A stretch of 64,000 nucleotides of DNA from Solirubrobacterales bacterium. GTDB lineage: Bacteria; Actinomycetota; Thermoleophilia; Solirubrobacterales; Solirubrobacteraceae. The stretch spans positions 2,296 to 66,295 of the forward strand of contig JBBSMC010000005.1 of the NCBI GenBank assembly GCA_038233375.1. Reading direction: 5' to 3'. The translations under genes and the position numbers were made by a program. Of this stretch, positions 10,123 through 20,381 are shown piece after piece (position 1 is the first letter of the stretch; every line of letters begins with the position of its first letter). The notes under the pieces were generated by a model that saw only the letters and a program-made list of their open reading frames with translations, was not told where the DNA came from and searched no databases.

Positions 10123-11171
10123 GCCTGCAGCGCATCCACGAGCGCGGCGTCTTCGATGACGCGACGACGGACGAGCGCCGTACCCGCGTCTACGTTCGCT
10201 CGGGTGAGCTCGGTCTCGTCAGCCGTGCTGACCTCGAGCTGATGGATGCGCTCACGACGCGACCGCTACCGCAACGCCTACACATCGTCGGTCCCAGCGG
10301 GGCGGGGAAGACCAGTCTCATACTGCGTGTCGCCGCAGATCTCATGCGGCTCGAGCTCGGCAGAAGGCACGAGATCCTGATCCTCCGGGTGGGAGATCGT
10401 CCGGAGCGGCTGGCCAGCCCCGAGGAAGTGATGAAGATGGTGCTCGAGGCGATCGCGGTCGAAGGTCATCGCTTCTCCAACATCAGCCCAGACGTCCTGC
10501 GCGCGGCTGCTGCCGATGAACGCACACATACGCCGAAGCAGGTCGAGCACCGCGGGGGATTGCGCGCTCCAGTTGTCAGCTATTCGGCCAACCTGAAGCA
10601 GGCATACGACACGATCGCGTTCGGTCAGAACGCCGCGAGGGTGCGGCACGACCTCGAAGATGTTCTCGCTCAGGTCGATCGGGCTGGGTACAGGCCCGTT
10701 CTCGTTCTGGACGACACCGAGAAGTTCGTCAGCCCGGGGGCTGACGGAAAGCTCGATGAGAGCTCGGTCGAGAACCTCTACCACCACGGCGTGCGCATTC
10801 TCGGTGAGCTTCCCGTCGACCTCGTCGTGGCCATGCACCCGCGTTTCGAGGCCGTGGATCGAGTCCGCGACGTGATCGAGCGCCTCGGCATGCCGCGTAT
10901 CGACGTGCCCGAGTTGCCCGCGGACAGCGATGAACCGGCGCTGGCGGCGATCTTTGAGCGCCGCATACAGCGCGATGATGTCGAGGTGGCGCTTGAGACG
11001 GTGATCGAGCGAGCCGCTATCGAAGAGCTACAAGTCCTGTACCACGATCGCGACAGCGACCTGCGGTCGGTGCTACGAGTTGCACACACTGCTGCGGGAC
11101 ACGCGCTGGATCGAGGCGCCGGCAGGATTCAGCCCCGCGATATCCGTGCAGTTGTCGCGACCGCGACCTGA
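10119..11171 (+). CDS. P-loop AAA+-type ATPase, partner of the upstream gene
   Basis: Its ATG overlaps the upstream stop (ATGA). Walker A is GPSGAGKTS and Walker B is VLVLDDTE. A long insert separates the two motifs. Confidence 0.7.
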   Translation: MSLQRIHERGVFDDATTDERRTRVYVRSGELGLVSRADLELMDALTTRPLPQRLHIVGPSGAGKTSLILRVAADLMRLELGRRHEILILRVGDRPERLASPEEVMKMVLEAIAVEGHRFSNISPDVLRAAAADERTHTPKQVEHRGGLRAPVVSYSANLKQAYDTIAFGQNAARVRHDLEDVLAQVDRAGYRPVLVLDDTEKFVSPGADGKLDESSVENLYHHGVRILGELPVDLVVAMHPRFEAVDRVRDVIERLGMPRIDVPELPADSDEPALAAIFERRIQRDDVEVALETVIERAAIEELQVLYHDRDSDLRSVLRVAHTAAGHALDRGAGRIQPRDIRAVVATAT

Positions 11172-11189
11172 CGTTGTGGTGGCGGCCCG

Positions 11190-11789
11190 GTGACCACGAG
11201 TCGGCGCGCCGCGCGCGCAGCGGACACACGGCCCCTGATCCTGGCCAGCCGGTCCCCCCAGCGGCGGGCGATCCTCGAGCAGTTGGGGATCGCCTTCGAG
11301 GTGCTCGCCGTCGACGTCGAGGAGCTCACCGCCGGCGACCCGGTCGAGGTCGCGCGCGCCAACGCGCTCGCCAAGGCGCAGGCGGCGGCCCGCCTGCGCC
11401 CGGACGACACGATTCTCGGCGTCGACACGGTCGTCTCGCTCGACGGCGAGATCCACGGAAAACCGCCCTCCGAAACGGCCGCGCGGAAGACGCTGAAACG
11501 GCTCGCGGGACGCACCCACGAGGTCGTCAGCGGCATCGCGCTCGTCAAGTCCGCCAACCCTCAGGTTGCGCATGAGGTAACGAGCGTGACCTTTCGAGCA
11601 CTCGACGACGACCTGATCGCCCGGTACGCCGCGACCGGCGAATGGTCCGGTAGGGCGGGGGGTTATGCGATCCAAGGCTTGGGCGCGTTGCTCGTTCGCC
11701 GCATAATGGGCGACTACCTCAACATCGTCGGTCTACCCGTCGGCAGATTGCTCGACCTCGACCTGAGCCTTATCCTCAGGGAGAACTAG
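11190..11789 (+). CDS. maf: Maf-like nucleoside triphosphate pyrophosphatase
   Basis: LILASRSPQRRAILEQLG near the N-terminus. It sits upstream of mreBCD as in many bacteria. Confidence 0.85.
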   Translation: MTTSRRAARAADTRPLILASRSPQRRAILEQLGIAFEVLAVDVEELTAGDPVEVARANALAKAQAAARLRPDDTILGVDTVVSLDGEIHGKPPSETAARKTLKRLAGRTHEVVSGIALVKSANPQVAHEVTSVTFRALDDDLIARYAATGEWSGRAGGYAIQGLGALLVRRIMGDYLNIVGLPVGRLLDLDLSLILREN

Positions 11790-11872
11790 AGGGATGGCTC
11801 GGCGCAGGCCTCTTCGCCGCTAGACTCAACGGCGGCGGCAGCGCCGCGAGCACCCCTCGCACGCGGTCCTGA

Positions 11873-12949
<1,077 letters not shown>

Positions 12950-12976
12950 CGACAGAAACCTGGAGTCAGCGCCCAC

Positions 12977-13843
12977 GTGTACGACAAGACCGTCCGCCGG
13001 CGCCGGGCAGTTCTAGGATTGCTCGTCGCCTGCTCGCTGATCCTGCTCACCGCGTACTTCGGTGAGTCGGGCAGCGGCGTGCTGCACTCGGTTCAGCGAG
13101 GCACGAGCGAGATCCTGAGTCCCGTCCAGGAGGGTGCCAGCCGGGCGCTCAAGCCTGTCCGCGACCTGTTCGGCTGGTTCGGCGACACGATCGCCGCCAA
13201 AGGGCAGGTCGAGGACCTGCGCAAGGAGCGCGATCGGCTGCGCACCGAGCTCGCGCAGACCGAGGTCAACAGCGCCGACCTCGACCGCCTGAGCAAGCTC
13301 TTCGAGCTCGACGGCGCCCTTGGCATCGAGGACCTCGGTCCGCAGACCGGCCGCGTCATCTTCCAATCCGCGACGGTGTGGTACTCCACGATCCGCGTCG
13401 ACAAGGGCGCCGAGGACGGCGTGCGGGTCGGCCATCCCGTCATCAACGAGGAGGCGCTGATCGGCCGCGTCACCAACGTCTTCGGCGGCACGGCGCAGGT
13501 GACGCTGATCACCGACACCACGACCAAGGTGCCCGTCCGCGCGGGCCGCGAGCAGGCGTTCGGGATCGTCGAGCCCGCGAGCGCCGGCAACCCGACCGAC
13601 ATGGTCATGAAATTCACGCAGCCCAACGCGAAGATCGGCGTCGGCGACCGCGTCGTCACGCGCGGCACGGAGCCCGAGGACCACGCGGCGTCGCGCTACC
13701 CCGTCGGCCTGCCGGTCGGTCAGGTCAGCCGGATCGAGCACGAGGGCACCGATACGCAGGAGATCCACGTGCGCCCGTACGCGAACCTGCGCAGCATCGA
13801 CTTCGTGCAGATCCTCACCCGGCCGCGCGGGGCCAACGGATGA
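12977..13843 (+). CDS. mreC: Rod shape-determining protein MreC
   Basis: N-terminal TM helix, a coiled coil and a beta-rich C-terminus. It follows mreB directly. Confidence 0.8.
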   Translation: MYDKTVRRRRAVLGLLVACSLILLTAYFGESGSGVLHSVQRGTSEILSPVQEGASRALKPVRDLFGWFGDTIAAKGQVEDLRKERDRLRTELAQTEVNSADLDRLSKLFELDGALGIEDLGPQTGRVIFQSATVWYSTIRVDKGAEDGVRVGHPVINEEALIGRVTNVFGGTAQVTLITDTTTKVPVRAGREQAFGIVEPASAGNPTDMVMKFTQPNAKIGVGDRVVTRGTEPEDHAASRYPVGLPVGQVSRIEHEGTDTQEIHVRPYANLRSIDFVQILTRPRGANG

Positions 13844-14424
13844 CGGCGCTCTCGCCGCAGCTGCTCCTGCGCCTCGCCGCGCTCGGCATGCTCGGCGTCG
13901 TCGTCCAGACGGCGGCGATCTCGCAGCTGCCGATCGCCGGCGCCAACGCCGACCTGTCGCCGCTGCTCGTGATGGCCGTCGGCCTGCTGTGCGGCTCGCT
14001 GGCCGGCGGCGCCTTCGGCTTCGGGGTGGGCCTGTTCACCGACGTCGTCTCCCTCCAGACGCTCGGCATCTCCTCGCTCGTGCTACTCGCCGTCGGCTAC
14101 GGCGCGGGACGCCTGCGCGAGGCGCGTGACCCGGAGGGGACGCTGGTCCCGCTCGCCGTCGGCGCGGCCGCCACCCTCGCGTTCGGCGTCGGCTTCGCGG
14201 TCATGCAGTTCCTGCTCGGCGTCGACGCGCCCGTCTCGTGGGCGCTCCTCCGCCAGCTGCTGGCGACGCTCGTGATCAATGCGCTGCTGGCGCTGCCGCT
14301 CTACGCGCTCGTGCGCCGCTGCCTGCACGGCGCGATGCCCGACGACCCGCGCCGCCGCCGCCGGCGCGCCTACACGACCGGCGGCCTGAGCCCGCTCTCC
14401 CGCGGCCCGGAGATCCGACGCTGA
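13840..14424 (+). CDS. mreD: Rod shape-determining protein MreD
   Basis: Its ATG overlaps the mreC stop. It is a polytopic hydrophobic protein of 194 aa, and its position supports the call. Confidence 0.65.
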   Translation: MTALSPQLLLRLAALGMLGVVVQTAAISQLPIAGANADLSPLLVMAVGLLCGSLAGGAFGFGVGLFTDVVSLQTLGISSLVLLAVGYGAGRLREARDPEGTLVPLAVGAAATLAFGVGFAVMQFLLGVDAPVSWALLRQLLATLVINALLALPLYALVRRCLHGAMPDDPRRRRRRAYTTGGLSPLSRGPEIRR

Positions 14425-16487
14425 TGATGGAGTCATCCGGCGATCGCCGCGCCCCGATCACGCCGCAGCTCGCGCTGCGCGTGGCGATCCTCGGCGGCGT
14501 CGCGTTCGCGCTCTTCGCGATCGTGTTCTTCCGCCTCTGGTACCTGCAGGTGCTGTCGGGCGACAAGTTCCTCGCCCAGGCGACGGTCAACCGGGTGCGC
14601 GAGCTGCGCATCCAGGCGCCGCGCGGGAAGATCGTCGACCGCAGCGGCAAGGTCATCGTCGCCAACAAGCTCGCCATCGTCGTCGAGCTCGACCCGGCCA
14701 AGCTGCCCGAGTCCGAGCGCGAGCTCGCCGCCGACTGGGCCTTCCGCGTCAACCAGCGGGCCGCCCGGCCGAAGGGCAAGCGCGGCGACCCGATCGCGAT
14801 CCCGGGGGTCAAGACCGCGGAGCTGCGCGTGCGCTACAAGCGCATCGGCCGGGTCCTCGGCCTGCCCGCGAGCGAGGTCCACCGCCGCGTCGTGCGCTCG
14901 CTCGTGCTGGTGCCGTACTCAAACGTGCGCCTGAAGACCGACGTGTCGGACTCGACGCTGGCGTTCATCACCGAGCGCCCCGAACTCTTCCCCGGCGTGA
15001 CAGTCGACCGGACCTACCTGCGCTCCTATCCGCGCGGCTCGCTGGCGGCGCAGATCCTCGGCACCGTCGGCGAGATCAGCCCGGCCGAGACAAGGGAGGC
15101 GCGCTTTCGCGGTGTGAAGGAGGGCACGATCATCGGCAAGGACGGCCTCGAGCGCGCATACGACCGCTACCTGCGCGGTCAGGACGGCAAGCAGCGCATC
15201 CAGGTCGACGCCTTCGGACGCCCTGCGCCGAACCCGCGCCTGAAGCGCACCGAGCCGGTCGCCGGCCAGCGCCTGCGTCTCTCGCTCGACGTGGGCCTCG
15301 AGCGCGTCACCCAGGATGCTCTGCGCGAGATCGGCGGCAAGCCCGGCGCCGCCATCGCGCTCGACCCCCGCGACGGCGCGATCGTCGCGATGGCCTCGCA
15401 CCCCACGTTCGACCCCGCCGTCCTCACCAAGCCGTTCACGCAGGAGCGCTACGAGGCGCTGACCGGCGAGGACACCGGCAAGCCGCTCTTCAACCGGGCG
15501 ATCGCCGGCCAGTACCCGACGGCCTCGACGTTCAAGGCGATCTCGGCCCTGGCCGGCTTGGAGAAGGGCCTCATCACGCCCGCCACGACGATCGTCGACG
15601 CAGGCTGCGTCAAGGTCGGCGAGCGCGAGCGCTGCAACGCCAAGGAGCAGGCCTACGGCGCTGTCGACCTGACCCGCGCGCTCTCGGTCTCATCCGACAT
15701 CTACTTCTACAAGCTCGGCATGAGCGCGTTCTACGCCCCCGGCGACGATCTAGTCATCCAGCGCTACGCGCGCAAGCTCGGCTTCGGGCGGGTGACCGGG
15801 ATCGACCTGCCGGGTGAGGACGACGGCGTGATCCCCGACATCGCGTGGCGCAAGGAGATCAACGCGTTCGAACGCTCATGCCGCAAGAAGAAGAACATCT
15901 CCCTCGAGGCGAACGTCTTCGCGGCGGGTGCGGCGGGCTGTGGGCGCTCGGACCTGCGCGACTACAACCTCGGTGACACCGTGAGCCTCGCGATCGGTCA
16001 GGGCGACCTGCAGGCGACGCCGCTGCAGCTCGCCGTGGCCTATGCGGCGATCGCCAACAAGGGCAAGGTCGTCGTGCCGCACCTGGGCCTGGAGATCCAG
16101 CGGTCCACCGGCGAGCTCGTGCAGCGCATCGAGCGCGACCCCGCCCGCCGCATCGACATCGACGAGGCCGACCGCCAGGCGGTCGCCGGTGGCCTGCAAC
16201 TCGCGACGAGCTCCGCCGGCGGCACCTCGGCCGACGTCTTCGCCGGCTGGCCGCAGGGCGAGTATCCCGTGTACGGCAAGACCGGCACCGCACAGCGCCC
16301 GCCCAAGCAGGACCAGTCGTGGTACGTCGCCTACGTGCCGCATCCGAAGCGGCCGATCGTCGTCGTGGCCACCGTCGAGGAGGGCGGCTTCGGCGCCGCT
16401 ACGGCGGCACCGATCGCCTGCCGCATGCTGGCGAAGTTCTACGACGTCGAGGCGGCCTGCGCGCGCGGCGAGGACTCCGCGCGGTGA
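14424..16487 (+). CDS. mrdA: Penicillin-binding protein 2 (elongation transpeptidase)
   Basis: Its ATG overlaps the mreD stop. It has a TM anchor, the STFK (SxxK) motif and KTGTA. Confidence 0.85.
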   Translation: MMESSGDRRAPITPQLALRVAILGGVAFALFAIVFFRLWYLQVLSGDKFLAQATVNRVRELRIQAPRGKIVDRSGKVIVANKLAIVVELDPAKLPESERELAADWAFRVNQRAARPKGKRGDPIAIPGVKTAELRVRYKRIGRVLGLPASEVHRRVVRSLVLVPYSNVRLKTDVSDSTLAFITERPELFPGVTVDRTYLRSYPRGSLAAQILGTVGEISPAETREARFRGVKEGTIIGKDGLERAYDRYLRGQDGKQRIQVDAFGRPAPNPRLKRTEPVAGQRLRLSLDVGLERVTQDALREIGGKPGAAIALDPRDGAIVAMASHPTFDPAVLTKPFTQERYEALTGEDTGKPLFNRAIAGQYPTASTFKAISALAGLEKGLITPATTIVDAGCVKVGERERCNAKEQAYGAVDLTRALSVSSDIYFYKLGMSAFYAPGDDLVIQRYARKLGFGRVTGIDLPGEDDGVIPDIAWRKEINAFERSCRKKKNISLEANVFAAGAAGCGRSDLRDYNLGDTVSLAIGQGDLQATPLQLAVAYAAIANKGKVVVPHLGLEIQRSTGELVQRIERDPARRIDIDEADRQAVAGGLQLATSSAGGTSADVFAGWPQGEYPVYGKTGTAQRPPKQDQSWYVAYVPHPKRPIVVVATVEEGGFGAATAAPIACRMLAKFYDVEAACARGEDSAR

Positions 16488-17650
16488 ACGAGCCGGCCCC
16501 GAGCCGACTCCCCGCCGGCCTGCGCCTGCCGTTCGATCCGCTGCTCGCGCTGGCGGCGATCGGCCTCATGGCCGCCTCGCTCGTTACCCTCAACGCATCC
16601 ACGAGCAACGACGTTCCGGGCGATCCGCACTTCTACGTAACGCGCCAAGGCGTGTTCTTCGCCGTCGGCGCGTTGCTCGCGATCGTCCTGAGCCGGATCG
16701 ACTACTCGCGCCTGCGCGAGCTGAAGTACGGCGTCTACGGTCTGATGATCGGCGGGATCCTGCTGGTCGCGCTCTTCGGTGGCGTGACGCGTGGCTCGCG
16801 GCGCGCGATCCAGCTGCCCTTCTTCGAAGTGCAGGCGTCCGAGCTCGGCAAGGTGCTGCTGATCGTCGCGCTCGCGGCCTTCGTGGTGGACCGCTCGCGG
16901 CGCCTGGGCGAGCGCGACACGACGGCGCGCCTGGTGCTCGTCGGCATGGTCCCGGCGACCTTCGTCATGGCCTCGGACCTCGGCTCCGGGCTCGTCTACA
17001 TCGCGATCCTCTTCGCCGCGCTCTTCGTCGCGGGCGTGAGCTGGCGGCACTTCGCCGGGCTGATCACGCTCGGGATCGTCTCGATCGCGCTCGTGCTGAC
17101 GGCCGCGCCGGCGCTCGGCGTGACCGTGCTGACGACCGAGCAGTCCTCGCGCCTGACCTCGTTTTTGTCCCCGTCGGACGCCGCCGGCGACGCCGGCTAT
17201 CAGCAGAACCAGTCGCGGATCGCCATCGGGTCGGGTCAGAAGACCGGCCGCGGCGAGCAGGCGACCCAGTCGCAACTGAACTTCCTGCCCGAGGAACGCA
17301 CGGACTTCGCGTTCGCCGTCGTCGGCGAGCGCTGGGGCTTTGCCGGTGCGGGCCTCCTTCTCTCGCTCTACGCGCTGCTCATCTGGCGCGGTCTGCGGAT
17401 TCTCACCATGGCCAAGAACCTCTACGGCGCGCTGATCGCCGGAGGCATCGTGGCGATGCTCCTGTTTCAGGTCTTCATCAACGTCGGCATGAACGTGGGA
17501 ATCATGCCCATCACCGGGATTCCACTGCCGCTCTTCTCATACGGCGGCAGCTCGGTGCTCTCCACCCTCTTGGCCATCGGCCTGTTGCAGTCCGTCTACG
17601 CGCAAGGGCGCTTCGCCGCTGCAACCAAACGCCGGGGGCTCCCATTCTGA
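16484..17650 (+). CDS. rodA: SEDS-family peptidoglycan polymerase RodA
   Basis: Its GTG overlaps the mrdA stop. It is a polytopic membrane protein of the FtsW/RodA type, with a C-terminal PITGIPLPLFSYGGSS. Confidence 0.85.
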   Translation: MNEPAPSRLPAGLRLPFDPLLALAAIGLMAASLVTLNASTSNDVPGDPHFYVTRQGVFFAVGALLAIVLSRIDYSRLRELKYGVYGLMIGGILLVALFGGVTRGSRRAIQLPFFEVQASELGKVLLIVALAAFVVDRSRRLGERDTTARLVLVGMVPATFVMASDLGSGLVYIAILFAALFVAGVSWRHFAGLITLGIVSIALVLTAAPALGVTVLTTEQSSRLTSFLSPSDAAGDAGYQQNQSRIAIGSGQKTGRGEQATQSQLNFLPEERTDFAFAVVGERWGFAGAGLLLSLYALLIWRGLRILTMAKNLYGALIAGGIVAMLLFQVFINVGMNVGIMPITGIPLPLFSYGGSSVLSTLLAIGLLQSVYAQGRFAAATKRRGLPF

Positions 17651-17668
17651 GCAAAGGACCCTTCACCC

Positions 17669-19624
17669 ATGAAGAAGCAACTGCTGGTCAGCGTCGACCG
17701 GGGCGAAACCCGTGTCGCGCTGTTGGAAGCATCCGGTAAGCCGAGCGCCGCAGGCGCCGCGAAGCCGGCCACACGTTCCAGGAAGCCCGATCCGGCCGAC
17801 GGCTACCGCGTCGCCGAGCTGTACTTCGAGCGCCGCGGCGCGCGCTCGATCGTCGGCAACATCTACAAGGGCAAGATCGACAACGTCCTCGCCGGCCTGG
17901 AGGCCGCGTTCGTCGACATCGGCCTGGACAAGAACGGCTTCCTGCACGTCGACGAGATCGTCGTGCCGGGCGTCGACGTCGGCCGCCGCGGACGCGGCAA
18001 GGAGGGCGGCTCGAAGATCACCGAGCTCATCAAGCCCGGCCAGGAGATCGTCGTGCAGGTCGTCAAGGACCCGCTGAAGAGCAAGGGCGCGCGGCTGTCG
18101 ATGGAGCTGACGATCGCCGGTCGGTACATGGTCTACGCCCCGATGGGCGAGGGCGTCGGCGTCTCCCGGCGCCTCGACGATCGCGAGCGCGAGCGCCTGC
18201 GCCGCGAAACGAAGGGGCTGGACCTGCGCGGCGGCGGCGCGATCATCCGCACCGCGGCCAGCGGCGCCACGCGCCAGGACTTCGAGCGCGAGCTGCAGTA
18301 CCTCTTCAAGCTGCACGAAGTGCTCCTCAAGCGCGTCGAGGAGACGCCCGCGCCGGGCCTCGTCTTCCAGGAGGCCGACCTCTCGGTCCGCGTCGTGCGC
18401 GACATCTTCTCCGAGCACTTCGAGAAGGCGATCGTCGACGATCCCAAGCAGCACCAGCGCCTTGTCTCGTTCTTCACGCGCACCGCGCCCGAGCTCGTCG
18501 ACCGCGTCGAGCTCTACGAGGACAAGACGCCGCTGTTTGCGGCCTCCGGCGTCGAAAAGGTCATCGACGGGCTCATGACGCGCCGCGTCGACCTGCCCAG
18601 CGGCGGTTACCTGATCATCGACTACGCCGAGGCGCTGACGGTCATCGACGTCAACTCGGGCTCTTTCATCGGCCGCGGCAAGGGCGCGCGCCTGGAGGAC
18701 ACGATCACGACGACGAACCTCGAGGCCGCCGAGGAGGTCGTCAACCAGCTGCGCCTGCGCGACATCGGCGGAATCATCGTCATCGACTTCATCGACATGG
18801 CCCGCGCGCGCAACCGCGACGCCGTGCTGAAGACCTTGCGCAAGACGCTCGACGAGGACCGTACGAAGACCTTCACCGCGGAGATCTCCAAGCTCGGGCT
18901 CGTCGAGATGACGCGCCAGAACGTCACCGAGGGCGTGCGCGAGATCATCTCCCGGCCCTGTCCGACGTGCAACGGCGACGGCGTGATCAAGTCCGAGGAG
19001 ACGATCGCGATCGAGTTCGAGCGCCGCCTGCGCGTCGTCGCCAAGAAGGCGCCCAAGAAGAACGAGGCGTTCCTCGTGCAGATGAGCCCGCGCGTCAGCG
19101 CCGTGTTCACGGGCAACGCCAAGCGCGTGCTGCACACGCTCGAGGAGGAGACCGGCCGGCGCTTTCACTTCACCGGCACCGAGGGCCTGCCGCTGGACTA
19201 CTTCGACATCGTCATGGAGGGCTCGCGCGACGAGGTCATGGAGCGCGCCGTGCCGTTTCGCGAGGGCGACGAGGTGCTCGTGCACATCATCGAGCCGCAC
19301 ATGTACGACGTCGACGACGCCGTCGCGAAGATCGACGGCTACATCATCAGCGTGGCCGGCGGTGGGCGCTTCGTCGGCAACAAGCGGCTCGTGCGGATCG
19401 ACCACGCCGGGCGCACGTCGGCGACGGCGACGATGCTCGACGCTCCTGAAGCCGACGAAACCGCCGCGTCCGCCAGCCCGCCCGCAGCGGCCGCGCCGAG
19501 CGCCGAGGACGATGCCGGAGACGATGGCGTAGAATCGACGACTCGGCGCCGAGGCCGTAGAGGCGGACGGCGACGCAGACAGGTCGCGGCAGACTCTGGC
19601 GCGACACCGACTTCGGAAAGCTGA
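17669..19624 (+). CDS. rne: Rne/Rng-family ribonuclease (RNase E/G)
   Basis: S1 domain (GNIYKGKIDNVLAGLEAAFVDIG), a DNase I-like core (VIDVNSG) and an Arg-rich tail. It lies upstream of rplU-rpmA, as in actinobacteria. Confidence 0.85.
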   Translation: MKKQLLVSVDRGETRVALLEASGKPSAAGAAKPATRSRKPDPADGYRVAELYFERRGARSIVGNIYKGKIDNVLAGLEAAFVDIGLDKNGFLHVDEIVVPGVDVGRRGRGKEGGSKITELIKPGQEIVVQVVKDPLKSKGARLSMELTIAGRYMVYAPMGEGVGVSRRLDDRERERLRRETKGLDLRGGGAIIRTAASGATRQDFERELQYLFKLHEVLLKRVEETPAPGLVFQEADLSVRVVRDIFSEHFEKAIVDDPKQHQRLVSFFTRTAPELVDRVELYEDKTPLFAASGVEKVIDGLMTRRVDLPSGGYLIIDYAEALTVIDVNSGSFIGRGKGARLEDTITTTNLEAAEEVVNQLRLRDIGGIIVIDFIDMARARNRDAVLKTLRKTLDEDRTKTFTAEISKLGLVEMTRQNVTEGVREIISRPCPTCNGDGVIKSEETIAIEFERRLRVVAKKAPKKNEAFLVQMSPRVSAVFTGNAKRVLHTLEEETGRRFHFTGTEGLPLDYFDIVMEGSRDEVMERAVPFREGDEVLVHIIEPHMYDVDDAVAKIDGYIISVAGGGRFVGNKRLVRIDHAGRTSATATMLDAPEADETAASASPPAAAAPSAEDDAGDDGVESTTRRRGRRGGRRRRQVAADSGATPTSES

Positions 19625-19638
19625 ACCCTCTTTTCATC

Positions 19639-20007
19639 ATGGCCTACGCAATCGTCAAGACCGGCGGCAAGCAGTACCGCGTCGAGGAGGGGCAGACCCT
19701 GCTCGTCGAGCGGCTGTCCGAGGAAGAGGGCGCGACCGTCGTGCTCGCGCCGCTTCTGTATGCGGCCGACGACGCCGTCTTCGACGCCGATGGCCTGAAG
19801 AAGGTCTCGGTCAAGGCCCGCATCGTGGCCCACGAGCGCGGCGAGAAGCTGCGCGTGTTCAAGTTCAAGCCCAAGCGCGGCTACAAGCGCACGACGGGAC
19901 ACCGCCAGGAGCTCACGCGTCTTGAGATCACGGAAGTCTCTGGCGACGCACGGAGTCAGTCCACATCCGAACGCGGGGCCGGACGCCCTGCGGAGGTGAC
20001 CACCTAA
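19639..20007 (+). CDS. rplU: 50S ribosomal protein L21 with an extended C-terminus
   Basis: [19 protein letters not shown] and [16 protein letters not shown]. Confidence 0.9.
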   Translation: MAYAIVKTGGKQYRVEEGQTLLVERLSEEEGATVVLAPLLYAADDAVFDADGLKKVSVKARIVAHERGEKLRVFKFKPKRGYKRTTGHRQELTRLEITEVSGDARSQSTSERGAGRPAEVTT

Positions 20008-20267
20008 TGGCACACAAGAAGGGGCTCGGCTCCTCCCGCAACGGGCGCGACTCCAACGCCCAGCGCCTCGGCGTCAAGACGTTCGCCGGCGAGATCGTCA
20101 GCGGCGGCGAGATCATCGTCCGCCAGCGCGGCACGCGCTTCCGTCCCGGCGACGGTGTCGGCATCGGCAAGGACGACACGCTGTTCGCCCGTTCGGCGGG
20201 GACTGTCGTCTTCGGCCAGAAGCGCGGCAAGCGCGTCGTCTCGATCACTCCGCACGACGCGGGGTAG
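20007..20267 (+). CDS. rpmA: 50S ribosomal protein L27
   Basis: [24 protein letters not shown]. Confidence 0.95.
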   Translation: MAHKKGLGSSRNGRDSNAQRLGVKTFAGEIVSGGEIIVRQRGTRFRPGDGVGIGKDDTLFARSAGTVVFGQKRGKRVVSITPHDAG

Positions 20268-20276
20268 CACTCCGCC

Positions 20277-20320
20277 ATCGCCGGCCGACCAGACGGGTGC
20301 GGATTTGCCGGACGGATCAC
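20277..20320 (+). repeat. 44-nt conserved motif, copy 1 (partner at 51787..51830)
   Basis: The 34-nt core GGCCGACCAGACGGGTGCGGATTTGCCGGACGGA is identical in both copies. The 44-nt extension has 2 mismatches. Confidence 0.85.
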
Positions 20321-20381
20321 TAGATGCCGTAGGGCCGGCCACGCTCCTTGTCGGGAAAGCCGCCGAAGGTCATTGCCGGCG

